Source: Promethearchaeota archaeon (GTDB taxonomy: Archaea > Asgardarchaeota > Lokiarchaeia > Sigyniarchaeales > SOKP01). Taken from it: a stretch of DNA of 64,000 nucleotides. The position numbers and the translations under genes were made by a program. The number at the start of each line of letters is the position of its first letter. Within the stretch, counting starts at the first letter, position 1. This document shows, in pieces, positions 51,098 through 64,000 of the stretch. Location: positions 32,001 through 96,000 of the forward strand of contig JAEOTR010000014.1 in the NCBI GenBank assembly GCA_016839705.1, in the 5' to 3' direction. The notes under the pieces are model-generated. The model saw only the letters and a list, made by a program, of their open reading frames with translations. It made no database searches and was not told the origin of the DNA.

Positions 51098-51616
51098 TCA
51101 GAAGTTTTCAAAAAATTCTTGATTCAAATAGTTATGTATATTTTCATCAAGTTTCTTCTTTACTGCATCTAAACCTTCAGGAAGTACACGAGTTTTTCCT
51201 ACGATATCAATGAAACCAAGCTCAGTTCCATACCTCGGAATTAAATGAAAATGTAAATGATCAATACTACCGCCTGCATCCCTACCCTGATTTAACCCAA
51301 TATTATATCCTTTAGGATTATATAAATCGTCTAAAAGCAACTGAATTCCTTGAATTGCTCGATTGATATGAATTATTTCTTCCTTTGTAAGTTCAAGAAA
51401 TTTAGTTAAGTGTCTTTGAGTTACAATCATTAAATGAGCAGGATTATAAGGATATAAATTCAAAATGATAAAACATGTATCGTCTTCATATACTTTCAGA
51501 ATTTCAACACGATCATCATTATCTCTTACAGCACATAATATACAATCCACATTTGGTCTTGCCTTCCCTTGTACATAATCTAATTTCCCTAAAGCTTGTA
51601 ACCAATCCTTAAAAAT
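51098..51616 (-). CDS. HIT family hydrolase (Ap4A phosphorylase-like); start uncertain
   Basis: CILC, LNLYPYNPAHLM, GYNIGLNQG..AGGSIDHLHFHLIPR. Frame is open upstream of the GTG to an ATT at 51616 that follows a GGTGA SD. Confidence 0.85.
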   Translation of the reverse strand: MFKDWLQALGKLDYVQGKARPNVDCILCAVRDNDDRVEILKVYEDDTCFIILNLYPYNPAHLMIVTQRHLTKFLELTKEEIIHINRAIQGIQLLLDDLYNPKGYNIGLNQGRDAGGSIDHLHFHLIPRYGTELGFIDIVGKTRVLPEGLDAVKKKLDENIHNYLNQEFFENF

Positions 51617-51645
51617 AAGTTTTCACCATATGTAGTGTATACAAC

Positions 51646-52194
51646 TCAAGAATATAATGAGAAATCAGAACCCCCAACAAAATCTTTAGCTTTCGTAAAA
51701 TCATCTGGTTTTATTTTACCTGAGCAATACTCACCTAATAATATATTACTATATGCCGCGCTGTCAAATACACGTCTAATTGACTTGAAAAATGAATTTT
51801 TAGAAACAGTTCCATCATTTTTAAGGAATATCTGGTCGCTTATTTCATAACGGTGATTATTAATATCAATTCTATAGAATAAATCTTTAATAAGAAAAAA
51901 TTTTCTCAGATCCCAGAAAAATTGCATTTTTCTATTTTCTTTTAATGAATTTAGAGTATCTACATGTGGTTTAGCCATTTGAGTTCCAAGTGAAAAAATT
52001 ATAAGAGATTTATTTTTGGGTTTAATAACCACCATTCTCCTGCCAATTGGTCGTCCCGCAGGATCATTTCCAGGAGGAAAAATAAATTGAAATCCAAAAT
52101 CTAGCTTAGAATCAGAAATTTTTTCTCTTAATAATCCCTCATCTAATAAATATTCTTGAACCAAATTCTTTATTTTACTTTCTTTATCAGACAT
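51646..52194 (-). CDS. DUF2299-like hypothetical protein
   Basis: IKNLVQEYLLDEG...; archaeal DUF2299-like pattern. Confidence 0.6.
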   Translation of the reverse strand: MSDKESKIKNLVQEYLLDEGLLREKISDSKLDFGFQFIFPPGNDPAGRPIGRRMVVIKPKNKSLIIFSLGTQMAKPHVDTLNSLKENRKMQFFWDLRKFFLIKDLFYRIDINNHRYEISDQIFLKNDGTVSKNSFFKSIRRVFDSAAYSNILLGEYCSGKIKPDDFTKAKDFVGGSDFSLYS

Positions 52195-52258
52195 ATTTGT
52201 TCGATGATCTTAAGAATGAAGTAAGTAATATAATTTTTTATGAGGAATTTTTAATAAC

Positions 52259-52612
52259 TTAATACTTCCCCTTAGGTCGGATTTGAGGTTCAATTCCTGC
52301 TTCTTTTAATTTTGTTATATTATTTTCTAACTCTTCTAAGGGGGTGCAAAAAATTACTTGAAGAGTATTATAGTCAAAATATATCTTCCCAACAATGCCT
52401 AAGCCCATCATTTGATTATTACCATCGATAAATGTATGGTCTATATCCATTTTAATTGCTTTTTTTTCTTCTTCAAGTTCAATTAAAGAAGGCTGACAAG
52501 CAGTAAACCCCGGTCCTCGATTTTGGATTAAATAGTTCATTATAGCGTAATCTAATTCATCATTAATTTCTCCGTTCTCTTGAAGGACTTTAACAATAGA
52601 TGGATCTTCCAT
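52259..52612 (-). CDS. Hypothetical protein
   Basis: 117-aa ORF in a co-oriented run. Confidence 0.65.
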   Translation of the reverse strand: MEDPSIVKVLQENGEINDELDYAIMNYLIQNRGPGFTACQPSLIELEEEKKAIKMDIDHTFIDGNNQMMGLGIVGKIYFDYNTLQVIFCTPLEELENNITKLKEAGIEPQIRPKGKY

Positions 52613-52775
52613 AATAAAAAAAAAATTTTCTTTAGATAAAAAAGAGAATAACTAATTTTTATTTTTTCGGGTGAATCATAATAATAAAAATTATTCGGCA
52701 TTCGAACTGCTTATTAACTCGAAACCTGAAATAAGGAAACTAAAAGAAAATAAAGTAATGATATTAATATTATGC

Positions 52776-53027
52776 CTATTCTTTCTCAAACAGCACTTCG
52801 TCAATACTGTGAACGGCACAGTTTAAAGATGATAATTTTTCGGTTATCACTTCTAATGACACATCATTTCCTATAATATTAATATGTAGGGAGGCTGTTT
52901 TTTGATCTAATTCGTCCAGCTTTACACTAACTTTAGAAATTCCTGTAATATCCATCAGAGCTCCCGCCACGTAATCAATTGAAGGAGAATGAGGTTTAAG
53001 GACATCCAAAAAGTATTCTATTCTCAT
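52776..53027 (-). CDS. DUF211 family protein
   Basis: LDVLKPH.PS...E.D...AVHSIDEV. Confidence 0.85.
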   Translation of the reverse strand: MRIEYFLDVLKPHSPSIDYVAGALMDITGISKVSVKLDELDQKTASLHINIIGNDVSLEVITEKLSSLNCAVHSIDEVLFEKE

Positions 53028-53101
53028 GGTTTTTATTTAACTTTTAAGATTAATTGAATAATAATAGTTTAAATGGTTATTTTATATTTTTTTTTATTTC
53101 T

Positions 53102-53794
53102 TTATAAAAGTTTCTTAATTTCTTCAATTAATTTTTGAGGAATTTCACTTTCCTTTACAATTACATCTGCTTTATTAAGGGTTTCAACAATAGCTAGCTT
53201 AGTATGAACCGCGATAGAATAGGCACTAACGTTAATTGCTGCCTCGATATCTCTGTAATTATCTCCAATAACTAAAATTTCATAAGGATTAACCCCAAGC
53301 TTATCACAAATAATTTGGAGATGGTCTGGATGTGGTTTTGGATTACTAACATTATCTCTACCGATTATAACATCAAAAAACTTTAGAAGTTTTACTTTTT
53401 CAAGAGATAACTTAGCATGTTCATATTTATTAAACGTAAATATTGCTTGTTTAAGATTATTGTATTGAGCAAAAATGAGGACATCTTCGATACCTTTTAT
53501 CATTGTGGCATTAAGAGCAGCTTTATACTCAATTTTACTTACTTCTATATCGACTTCTTGTAAAATTTTGTTTATTTGGTTTGGATCAGTGCCATTTTGT
53601 TGAAAAATTTCTTTAGAAATATTTATATTATCCAAGATGCTTTTTTGAATCGAAAGTTTTTTTTTATCTATGCCGTGTGCCACAAGAATATTAATCGCAG
53701 CCTTTCGAGCGTCAATTGAGTTAATTTTGAAGTGTATTAAAGTTCCATCTAAATCCCAAACAATTGCTTTGATAGGTTTTTTATTATTATTCAT
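53102..53794 (-). CDS. HAD family phosphatase
   Basis: WDLDGTL, KPHPD, IGDNYRDI. Confidence 0.9.
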   Translation of the reverse strand: MNNNKKPIKAIVWDLDGTLIHFKINSIDARKAAINILVAHGIDKKKLSIQKSILDNINISKEIFQQNGTDPNQINKILQEVDIEVSKIEYKAALNATMIKGIEDVLIFAQYNNLKQAIFTFNKYEHAKLSLEKVKLLKFFDVIIGRDNVSNPKPHPDHLQIICDKLGVNPYEILVIGDNYRDIEAAINVSAYSIAVHTKLAIVETLNKADVIVKESEIPQKLIEEIKKLL

Positions 53795-53813
53795 TAATCT
53801 AAGGGATATATCT

Positions 53814-54398
53814 TTAAAATTCTAAATCAGAATAAATCGGTCCTTTTGGAGTTAACTCTGATTTTTTAAGCTTTATCTGACTAATGTTAAATGGTCCAAA
53901 CTCCACGTTTTTATTCTCATTGACGAGTTTCTTAAAAATATCAAATGTTTTATAATTAATTTTTTCTTTTCTTAATCTCCCAATGGTCAGATGTGGTTTA
54001 AATTGTGTTCTTTTATCGCGATCTACATTTAATCTTATATTCAGTAAATCTTCCACAGAGTCTTTAATTGTTTGTAAAAAAGGAATATCTCCAATAAGTT
54101 TTAACCATATAACTGAAAATCTGTTGAACTGACCTACACCCTTCAAATAATATTTGAATTCTTTACCCTGAAAGTGTTTTTCATTTATTTCTGTCTTTAA
54201 TATTTCATATATCTGTGGAGCTAATAATTCAGAAATATTACCTAAGAATTTAACAGTCATATGTAAATTTTCCGGTTTAACTAACTTCAGATTTGGTTGG
54301 TTTTTCTTCAGTCGAGAAGTAAGGGTGGTAATATTCTCAATAGTACTATTTTCTTTTAATTCCAGTGCAATGAAGGATCTAATCATTTTTTGTCCCAA
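53814..54398 (-). CDS. thpR: RNA 2',3'-cyclic phosphodiesterase (2H family)
   Basis: RSFIAL, HMT and HLT 2H motifs, SELTPKGPIY. Confidence 0.92.
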   Translation of the reverse strand: MGQKMIRSFIALELKENSTIENITTLTSRLKKNQPNLKLVKPENLHMTVKFLGNISELLAPQIYEILKTEINEKHFQGKEFKYYLKGVGQFNRFSVIWLKLIGDIPFLQTIKDSVEDLLNIRLNVDRDKRTQFKPHLTIGRLRKEKINYKTFDIFKKLVNENKNVEFGPFNISQIKLKKSELTPKGPIYSDLEF

Positions 54399-55558
54399 TA
54401 GTTAAAAATTCTCCATTGTTTATCTTTTAATTGCTTCTTATGTTCCGGGATAATATGAACTTCATCTAAATCTTCTAAGGATGAAGATTTTATTATATTA
54501 ATCATGTCTTGTAAAAAGAGTATATTCATCTTACCTCTTGTATCTGCATCTGCAGAAGCATTATGAGGAATAAGTATCATACGAATTTCAGGTCGTTGTT
54601 GCTTGATTTTCTTAAACCTTTCGAGGATTTTACTATTGAGTGGTTCTATTGGAAAGACATCAAAGGCAATGTTTATAGAGATTTCATTTGTTTCAAGCAT
54701 ATCAAGTAGAGAATCCAAATCCAGAACCGGTCCTCTTGCAGTATTTACTAGTAGAGCATTTTTTTTCATTAATTTCAATAAATCCCGATTGACCATTTTT
54801 TCAGTATATTTATTTAAAGGAACATGGATACTAACGATATCTGAGTCTCTGAAGACATCCTCTATATTTTCTTTGAATTCAATGGAAGGGAAATCCTGTT
54901 CGAACTCATTCATCTGATTAATATCATAATACAGAATTTTAATCCCCCAAGGATATAACCTTCTAATTATTTCTTTTCCAATTTCACCCAATCCAACGAT
55001 ACCGAGTACTTTACCAGTGATTACAGAAGAAAGAGATTGATCTAAATCCCATTTATCTTCAGGTGTCCATTGATTATCCCAAATATAATTATGGAGATCA
55101 ACAAGATTCCTCAAGTTTGCCATAATTATTGCTATCGTATAATCTGCAACTGTTTCATGGAGAACTCCAGGAGTATGAGTTATAATAATATTATCTTTAT
55201 GAGTTCTCTGAATGTGATTATATCCGACTGTTGATGTAGAAATAGCAAAAACATTTGAATTTTCCAACGTTTCTGAATTTAAAAAATGACTTAAGTGGCA
55301 TCCAATGATATCAGGTTTAAATTCCTCAACTCTCTTGTTAATCTGATCTTCAGAGGGAAATCTCCCTTTGAATACTTTTAAATTTGAGATTTGATCTAGT
55401 TCTTGCCATAAATTTTTAATATCTTTGCGGATCACTTCAGAGATTGCTTCATTAGATCCAATTTCCATATCTGAGAAAACATTTGAGGTGAGAAATACCT
55501 TAGGTTTGTAGGTCATACTCATAACCAGTATTTTTGTACTTTTGAATTTTATGATCAT
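54383..55558 (-). CDS. D-2-hydroxyacid dehydrogenase (glyoxylate reductase-like)
   Basis: TPGVLHETVAD, GLGEIG, NTARG, DVF..EP, PHNAS. Confidence 0.9.
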   Translation of the reverse strand: MIIKFKSTKILVMSMTYKPKVFLTSNVFSDMEIGSNEAISEVIRKDIKNLWQELDQISNLKVFKGRFPSEDQINKRVEEFKPDIIGCHLSHFLNSETLENSNVFAISTSTVGYNHIQRTHKDNIIITHTPGVLHETVADYTIAIIMANLRNLVDLHNYIWDNQWTPEDKWDLDQSLSSVITGKVLGIVGLGEIGKEIIRRLYPWGIKILYYDINQMNEFEQDFPSIEFKENIEDVFRDSDIVSIHVPLNKYTEKMVNRDLLKLMKKNALLVNTARGPVLDLDSLLDMLETNEISINIAFDVFPIEPLNSKILERFKKIKQQRPEIRMILIPHNASADADTRGKMNILFLQDMINIIKSSSLEDLDEVHIIPEHKKQLKDKQWRIFNYWDKK

Positions 55559-55647
55559 TAATTTTAATATTCAATTTTATCTAATTATCAAGATTTATTA
55601 AAACAAACTCTATTTTATAATTAAAAATATTGAGCAAGTGGTATGAA

Positions 55648-55800
55648 ATGGCAAAAGTTAAATGTCAACAATGTAAAGAAGAAATAGTTGGAGGGGCTAA
55701 AATACAAGAATTTGACCCTATTGAACCTACAACGATGCATGTATTTTGTTCTAAGGAATGTAAGGACCAGTGGCTCGCTTTAATAAGTGAAAAACAATAG
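55648..55800 (+). CDS. TRASH/zf-FCS-type zinc-finger microprotein, 50 aa; not in ORF track
   Basis: MAKVKCQQCKEEI...HVFCSKECKDQW: CxxC...FCSxxC. Confidence 0.75.
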   Translation: MAKVKCQQCKEEIVGGAKIQEFDPIEPTTMHVFCSKECKDQWLALISEKQ

Positions 55801-55901
55801 ATTTTTTATTATTCCTATATTTTAGATATTCAATTTTTCTTCAAGATTGAAGATTCATTTTAAGATAAAAAATCCCCAAATTTTATGTGAAATTACTATT
55901 A

Positions 55902-56270
55902 TTAGGTGATATTTAATTTTTTTCTGTTTTCTTCTATATCCTTAAAAATCTGCCATTTTGAAAGGAGAGCATTTTCAATTGTCGCAGTCCATATACAATG
56001 ATCTTCTTCTTTAGAATCCTTAGACCATAGAGCATAACCAATTAAAATTACCAAATTCTCTCGAGATTCAACTCTGGTAAAAATATTTTTATAAGTAGGC
56101 CATTCATTGAAAAATCTTTTCCATCCATTGACCATATCTCTATCCCAATATCCTTTACGATCAATAAATATATGGTCTTCTGCCATTAAACCAATTAATC
56201 CCTCAATGTCTTGATTGTTGATATATTCATTAAATTGAAGAGCTGTTAATTTCGGATCTCGTTTATTCAT
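55902..56270 (-). CDS. SnoaL/NTF2-like protein
   Basis: FNEYINNQD...LMAED..F.D...W..FF pattern. Confidence 0.75.
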   Translation of the reverse strand: MNKRDPKLTALQFNEYINNQDIEGLIGLMAEDHIFIDRKGYWDRDMVNGWKRFFNEWPTYKNIFTRVESRENLVILIGYALWSKDSKEEDHCIWTATIENALLSKWQIFKDIEENRKKLNIT

Positions 56271-56303
56271 AATAACACTTCGAAAATTACTACTAAGTCG
56301 ATT

Positions 56304-57266
56304 TTATCTCTTAATTTTTTCAGGGAGATAAAAATCATAGGTTTTCTTAAGCAGTTTGGTTTTAATATACCTATCAATTCTCCTAGCATTTTGAAAGATT
56401 ACCCATATCAATTTATCACTCTTATAATATTTTTGTACTTCAATAAAAGTGATCGGGTCTAATTCAAATTCACTTGCTTCTTCTTTTAAGAATTTGTTAA
56501 CCCTTTTGATTAACCGAGGTATAATTTTCGGTAATTGTTCCTTAAAAAAGTTAGCAAGTAAGTCAATAATTACTAGCCTCAGGTCATAATAACGATCTAA
56601 TACATCTTGAATGAAAAATGCCTTTATTAGGAATCTTAAGAATGATGGTGTGCTATTTAAGAACAATTCTGCCTCCATTGCTTCCACACTATTTTTTCGA
56701 AGGAACGGGGTGCTGGTATCAAGATATAATAATCTAGAATTTTCATTTACAAAAGGGTTTTTTGCATCGTAATCTATTAAGACAAAATTAGAAATTTGAC
56801 CATCCAATCCTATTTCTATATCTTCTTTTTGCTTATTTAATGTCCATACTTTCTTAAATTCTCTTAAAACAAGTAAAACCAGTATTTCTACCTCATCATC
56901 GCTTACCTGGTGAATAATTTTGTTTCCAACAGATTCCGGATCAATTTTAGCTTGAACGCTATAAAACTGGATTTTTCCTTTATTATCTAAGAACCATATT
57001 ACTTGATGTTCTGGAAGAATCAAGCCAATCTGCTTCTCTAAAATCCTGCAATATTCATTGTACGCCCAAACATGCCTTCGAACTTGCTTTTCATTATCAA
57101 ATATTGGAATTCTTTTATAGGCTAGATGTTCTGGATCTCCAATAATTTCAAACACTAAACTCATTTCTCCAAATCCAAGTATTTTTATGGGGATTTTTCC
57201 TGTTTCTGGATGAATAGTGTCAATTGTTTTTTCAAATTCTTTTAACAATTCAATATTGATTTTCAT
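56304..57266 (-). CDS. DUF6206 / kinase-like fold protein
   Basis: LGFGEMS...AYKRIP, GLDGQISN, YLDTSTP. Confidence 0.65.
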   Translation of the reverse strand: MKINIELLKEFEKTIDTIHPETGKIPIKILGFGEMSLVFEIIGDPEHLAYKRIPIFDNEKQVRRHVWAYNEYCRILEKQIGLILPEHQVIWFLDNKGKIQFYSVQAKIDPESVGNKIIHQVSDDEVEILVLLVLREFKKVWTLNKQKEDIEIGLDGQISNFVLIDYDAKNPFVNENSRLLYLDTSTPFLRKNSVEAMEAELFLNSTPSFLRFLIKAFFIQDVLDRYYDLRLVIIDLLANFFKEQLPKIIPRLIKRVNKFLKEEASEFELDPITFIEVQKYYKSDKLIWVIFQNARRIDRYIKTKLLKKTYDFYLPEKIKR

Positions 57267-57395
57267 AAGCTATCAACTATTATTATGTAATCTCTCTCAA
57301 ACTTAGTTTATCATTATTTTTTTATGTTAATAAATGTTAATTAATTTCCCTCAATTTTACAAATAGGTTTATTTGAGACAGAACATTGCACTATT

Positions 57396-57482
57396 AGGAT
57401 ATTCGAATATGATGAGAATTGTGGCATGAGGAAAAAGATTTTTTCTATGATCATGGAGCAGAGATCTGAATTCGAATATCCT
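57396..57482 (+). ncRNA. Box C/D guide sRNA
   Basis: 13-bp perfect terminal stem AGGATATTCGAAT/ATTCGAATATCCT. Box C ATGATGA 57409-57415, D' ATGA 57426-57429, C' ATGATCA 57447-57453, D CTGA 57466-57469. Guides of 10 and 12 nt. Confidence 0.8.
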
Positions 57483-57492
57483 TATCTTCATT

Positions 57493-58989
57493 TTATTGAT
57501 TTTTTATTGAATAATTTTCTTCACGATCAAGAATTGTTTTAACCATACCATCTCTTTCTGATTCTTGTAGTCGTTGAATATATCTTTCCAGTTGATCCCT
57601 CGTATGGTATGGACCACCTTCTCTTAACACGGTTTTCATTGGGTCTTCATGATTTGGAAATTTCTCTAGCATTTCTTTATGCCATTTATCAAGAAACTTT
57701 AATCCATAACTTACAATTTGGGGTTTTTCATCTACCTTATTTTTTTTCATATGAAAATCATTTTCATAATCATATAGCATTAACTCGGGGAAATTCTTTA
57801 AACCGGTATGGTAAGTTTTGATTAGTGTCCAATTATCGAATCTTACAGTGCGTTGACAACTCCATGCATTCTGACTAATAACAAGGAAGTTCCTACCAAA
57901 CTTTTCATCAGCTTCAATATTTCTAAAGAAACTCTTTCCGTCCCAAAATTCAGGGACTTCCAATCCTAAACCTTCTATAATAGTAGCTGCTATATCAGAT
58001 TGATAAATTAGTGAATTGTATTCTGAATTCCATTTTTTTCTTGGCCACTTTATTATCATTGGGACTCTGTTGGTTATGGGACAAGCAGTTGCATGATCTC
58101 CATAAATGTTTAATTCTCCTTGATTTTCACCGTGATCAGAACTAACAATTATCATTGTATCTTCATAGGTACCTTTATCCTTAAACATTTCAATAATTTT
58201 TCCGATGTATTCATCTGCATATTTTATTCCCACATCATATCCATCAATCCATTGTTTGAAATCATTTAAATTTCTAATTTCATTAAGTCCCTTTAATCTA
58301 GGAAGCTCTGGGGGTGGTGTATAAGCAATAGTTCCAAATGGTTCACAAGCAGAATGAGGTCCGTAACTCCTTCTATGTTTATTTATGTCTTCTTGTTTTA
58401 GCCAGGAAGGTGCGGGTTCATTCTCAAAGGGATTTCCAAATCCCATTGGAGTTCGGTAGGGTGTGTGAGGGTCCCAGAAATTTACGTGTAAAAACCAATT
58501 ATCATTCTGCATATTTCCTTTTAACCATTTCTCTACATAAGGAAAAACTTGATCTGCTCTATCCATACCTCTAAATCCAGGATTATAGATTTCTTTCCAT
58601 CCAGAATAAAACCAAAAAGCAGAATGCCGTTCTGCGAAGGAAGATATAGAGACTGGATATAACTTTGCCCTTCTGAGCATACTGATCCAGTTATAACGTA
58701 AAAATTGATCTTGAAATCCTCGTGTATTACCAGTTAAACGTAAATCTGCAGCGGTCCCACCATGTCCGACAATACCAGAATGTATTCCAAATCGTCCCGT
58801 AAAAAGTGAGGCTCTTGATGGCAAACATGGGGCATCTGAAACATAACACTCTGTAAAAATTGTCCCTTCCATTGCAATTTTATCAATATTAGGTGATGTG
58901 TTGCGGTGGTACCCATAACACCCAAGATGATCAGGTCTTAAAGTATCAATATCAAGATAAAGAATTCTCATATTTCTAAGATAAAACAA
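57493..58989 (-). CDS. Formylglycine-dependent sulfatase (Cys-type)
   Basis: DTLRPDHLGCYG, CLPSRASLFTG, DPHTPY, SSDHGE, DH. Confidence 0.93.
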   Translation of the reverse strand: MFYLRNMRILYLDIDTLRPDHLGCYGYHRNTSPNIDKIAMEGTIFTECYVSDAPCLPSRASLFTGRFGIHSGIVGHGGTAADLRLTGNTRGFQDQFLRYNWISMLRRAKLYPVSISSFAERHSAFWFYSGWKEIYNPGFRGMDRADQVFPYVEKWLKGNMQNDNWFLHVNFWDPHTPYRTPMGFGNPFENEPAPSWLKQEDINKHRRSYGPHSACEPFGTIAYTPPPELPRLKGLNEIRNLNDFKQWIDGYDVGIKYADEYIGKIIEMFKDKGTYEDTMIIVSSDHGENQGELNIYGDHATACPITNRVPMIIKWPRKKWNSEYNSLIYQSDIAATIIEGLGLEVPEFWDGKSFFRNIEADEKFGRNFLVISQNAWSCQRTVRFDNWTLIKTYHTGLKNFPELMLYDYENDFHMKKNKVDEKPQIVSYGLKFLDKWHKEMLEKFPNHEDPMKTVLREGGPYHTRDQLERYIQRLQESERDGMVKTILDREENYSIKNQ

Positions 58990-59032
58990 ATTGTTTTTTA
59001 AGGTTTTTAGATTTTTTAATCCACATCTATAG

Positions 59033-62206
<3,174 letters not shown>

Positions 62207-62284
62207 TCTGTAGATAGAGAATTTATTATTTAAAATTTAACTTACAATTATAATTAGATTATTTTTCAAGAAACTGGTGTTTGA

Positions 62285-63100
62285 ATGGCGCGACCTTTAT
62301 GGTTTGTTAAACTATTAAAAAAAGCATTCCCAAATGTAAAACTCATAGCTAAATTAACAAATTTGCCGATTTTAGGAACTCTGATTGATCATCTTCTTTT
62401 TAAAGGTGATGACATCATTTATCTCCCTCAAGATAAAGTAATCAACATCAATAAACCACTGGAGGAATATGACGAATACGTTTTACCCTCTCAAGTATTA
62501 GAATATTTTATTAATAAATCAAAAAATCACTGGGTTATGAATTTCTGTATCTGTCGCTCTAGTATGGGTTGCAAAGATTTTCCTCAGGAGTTAGGTTGTT
62601 TGTTTCTTGGTGATGCCGTTCTTGATATAAACCCACAATTAGGAAGGTTGGTAAGTAAAGAAGAAGCTTTGGAACATTTAAATAAATGTAGAGATGCGGG
62701 ATTAGTTCAAATGATAGGTAGAAATAGATTAGACGCCCAATGGCTTGGTGTTAGGGAGGGGGAGAAATTATTAAGTATTTGTAATTGTGACCCATGCTGT
62801 TGTCTTTGGCGTGTATCCTCAATATTGGCCCCAAAAATCGGAGCGAAAATAAAAAAAATGCCTGGAGTAACAGTTCAAGTATCAGATAAGTGTATCGGAT
62901 GTGGATCTTGTACCGAGGGGATTTGTTTTGTTAATGCTATAAGTCTAATCAATGATAAAGCTATAATAAATGGGAATTGTAGGGGTTGTGGTCGCTGTGT
63001 TGATATCTGTCCTCAAAAAGCAATTGAATTAACGATTCAAGATAAACGTTATATTCAAAAATCTCTCAAAGAATTAGACAGGATAATAAATGTTGCATAA
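62285..63100 (+). CDS. 4Fe-4S dicluster protein
   Basis: CICR..C..CLF, CNCDPCCC, CIGCGSC, CRGCGRCVDICP. Confidence 0.85.
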   Translation: MARPLWFVKLLKKAFPNVKLIAKLTNLPILGTLIDHLLFKGDDIIYLPQDKVININKPLEEYDEYVLPSQVLEYFINKSKNHWVMNFCICRSSMGCKDFPQELGCLFLGDAVLDINPQLGRLVSKEEALEHLNKCRDAGLVQMIGRNRLDAQWLGVREGEKLLSICNCDPCCCLWRVSSILAPKIGAKIKKMPGVTVQVSDKCIGCGSCTEGICFVNAISLINDKAIINGNCRGCGRCVDICPQKAIELTIQDKRYIQKSLKELDRIINVA

Positions 63101-63119
63101 TTGAAAGTAAATTGATGAA

Positions 63120-64000
63120 TTATTCCCAGGAAAGATTTCCTTTTTTAAGATTATTAATTCTTGTTCTATGTTTTAATGCTGAAACTGCTTGTACAGTTTC
63201 TTTGATTGAATGAAACACAGGTATATTTGCGAGTTCTAAAGATTCTATGATTAATGAATATTTCGAAACATAAGGAATAAAGCATACTACTGGCTTATTT
63301 TTCGATGTTACAATATTTGCTATTCTTCTACCTATCTGAAATGATATATTAGGGGGATAAGGCAAGAGTAATACAATTATACATTCAATTCTTTCAACAT
63401 CCGATAAATATCGAATTACATCTTCGATGTCTGTGTCAAGAACAGAACCCGTGAGATCAATTGGGTTGTTAAAGGAAGCAATTTCTTTAGCTGTAGGATT
63501 CACTAGACTTTTTAAGTGTCTTTTTTCTTGAGGTGAGAATCGTACAGCATTCAATCCATATTTCTTTAACATATCAGAAGCCAATACAGCGTGTCCTCCT
63601 GATACAGATATTATCGCCACATTACCATAAGTCACTACATTATTTCCAAAAGGATTTCTTCGTTGTGATAATACATCATACACCTTTAAACTAGTCAATA
63701 ATTCGGTTTCAGAATGAGGTTGGATTATTAGATGTTGTCTTAGAGCATTGTAAATTATGTTATAATTTCCTGCTAAACTGGCTGTATGTGATTGCGTTGC
63801 AACTTTACCTTCTCTTGTTTTACCTCCATAATATACAATAACGGTATCTTCCGATTCTTTCGCTAATTGAAGAAAATCTCTTGACTTTCCCTCTTTAAAA
63901 CCCTCTAAATAAAATGCAATATTTGATGTTTCTTGATCTACTTGACTGAAGTATTCTAGTAACATTACCTCATCCACTACTGCTCGATTACCTATTGAAA
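63120..64000 (-). CDS. ADP-forming acyl-CoA synthetase-family protein, C-terminal part (5' end outside window)
   Basis: Frame is open to the window edge (SIGNRAVVDE); FYLEG, SHTASLAG, SGG, NPIDLTG. Confidence 0.85.
   Translation of the reverse strand, partial: SIGNRAVVDEVMLLEYFSQVDQETSNIAFYLEGFKEGKSRDFLQLAKESEDTVIVYYGGKTREGKVATQSHTASLAGNYNIIYNALRQHLIIQPHSETELLTSLKVYDVLSQRRNPFGNNVVTYGNVAIISVSGGHAVLASDMLKKYGLNAVRFSPQEKRHLKSLVNPTAKEIASFNNPIDLTGSVLDTDIEDVIRYLSDVERIECIIVLLLPYPPNISFQIGRRIANIVTSKNKPVVCFIPYVSKYSLIIESLELANIPVFHSIKETVQAVSALKHRTRINNLKKGNLSWE

Overview
AT-rich (roughly 30% GC by eye), densely coding archaeal chromosome segment. It is most likely Lokiarchaeia (Asgard), based on archaeal uS13-uS4-uS11, an HMf-type histone with a Lys-rich tail, a Rab-like small GTPase, GGTGA Shine-Dalgarno sites and a eukaryote-like SECIS candidate. 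No rRNA, tRNA, CRISPR array or transposase was seen. The main hidden system is a minus-strand hdrA-mvhD-frhB-like operon (39840-43876). The ORF track fragments hdrA and misses mvhD because four in-frame UGA codons, all at conserved Cys positions, most likely encode selenocysteine (2 in HdrA, 2 in MvhD). Only one SECIS-like hairpin was found, right after mvhD. Other elements missed by the ORF track: a C/D-box sRNA (57396-57482), a small RHH protein, a TRASH/FCS-type zinc-finger microprotein, a HIT gene needing an AUU start or a frameshift, and operator-like palindromes upstream of padR, zupT and the histone gene. The rest is metabolism (malonate-semialdehyde cluster, acyl-CoA cluster, E1 alpha/beta, sulfatase plus GH2), two orphan methyltransferases, minimal MCP receptors and several gene remnants. 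All product calls come from motif recognition, not database searches.
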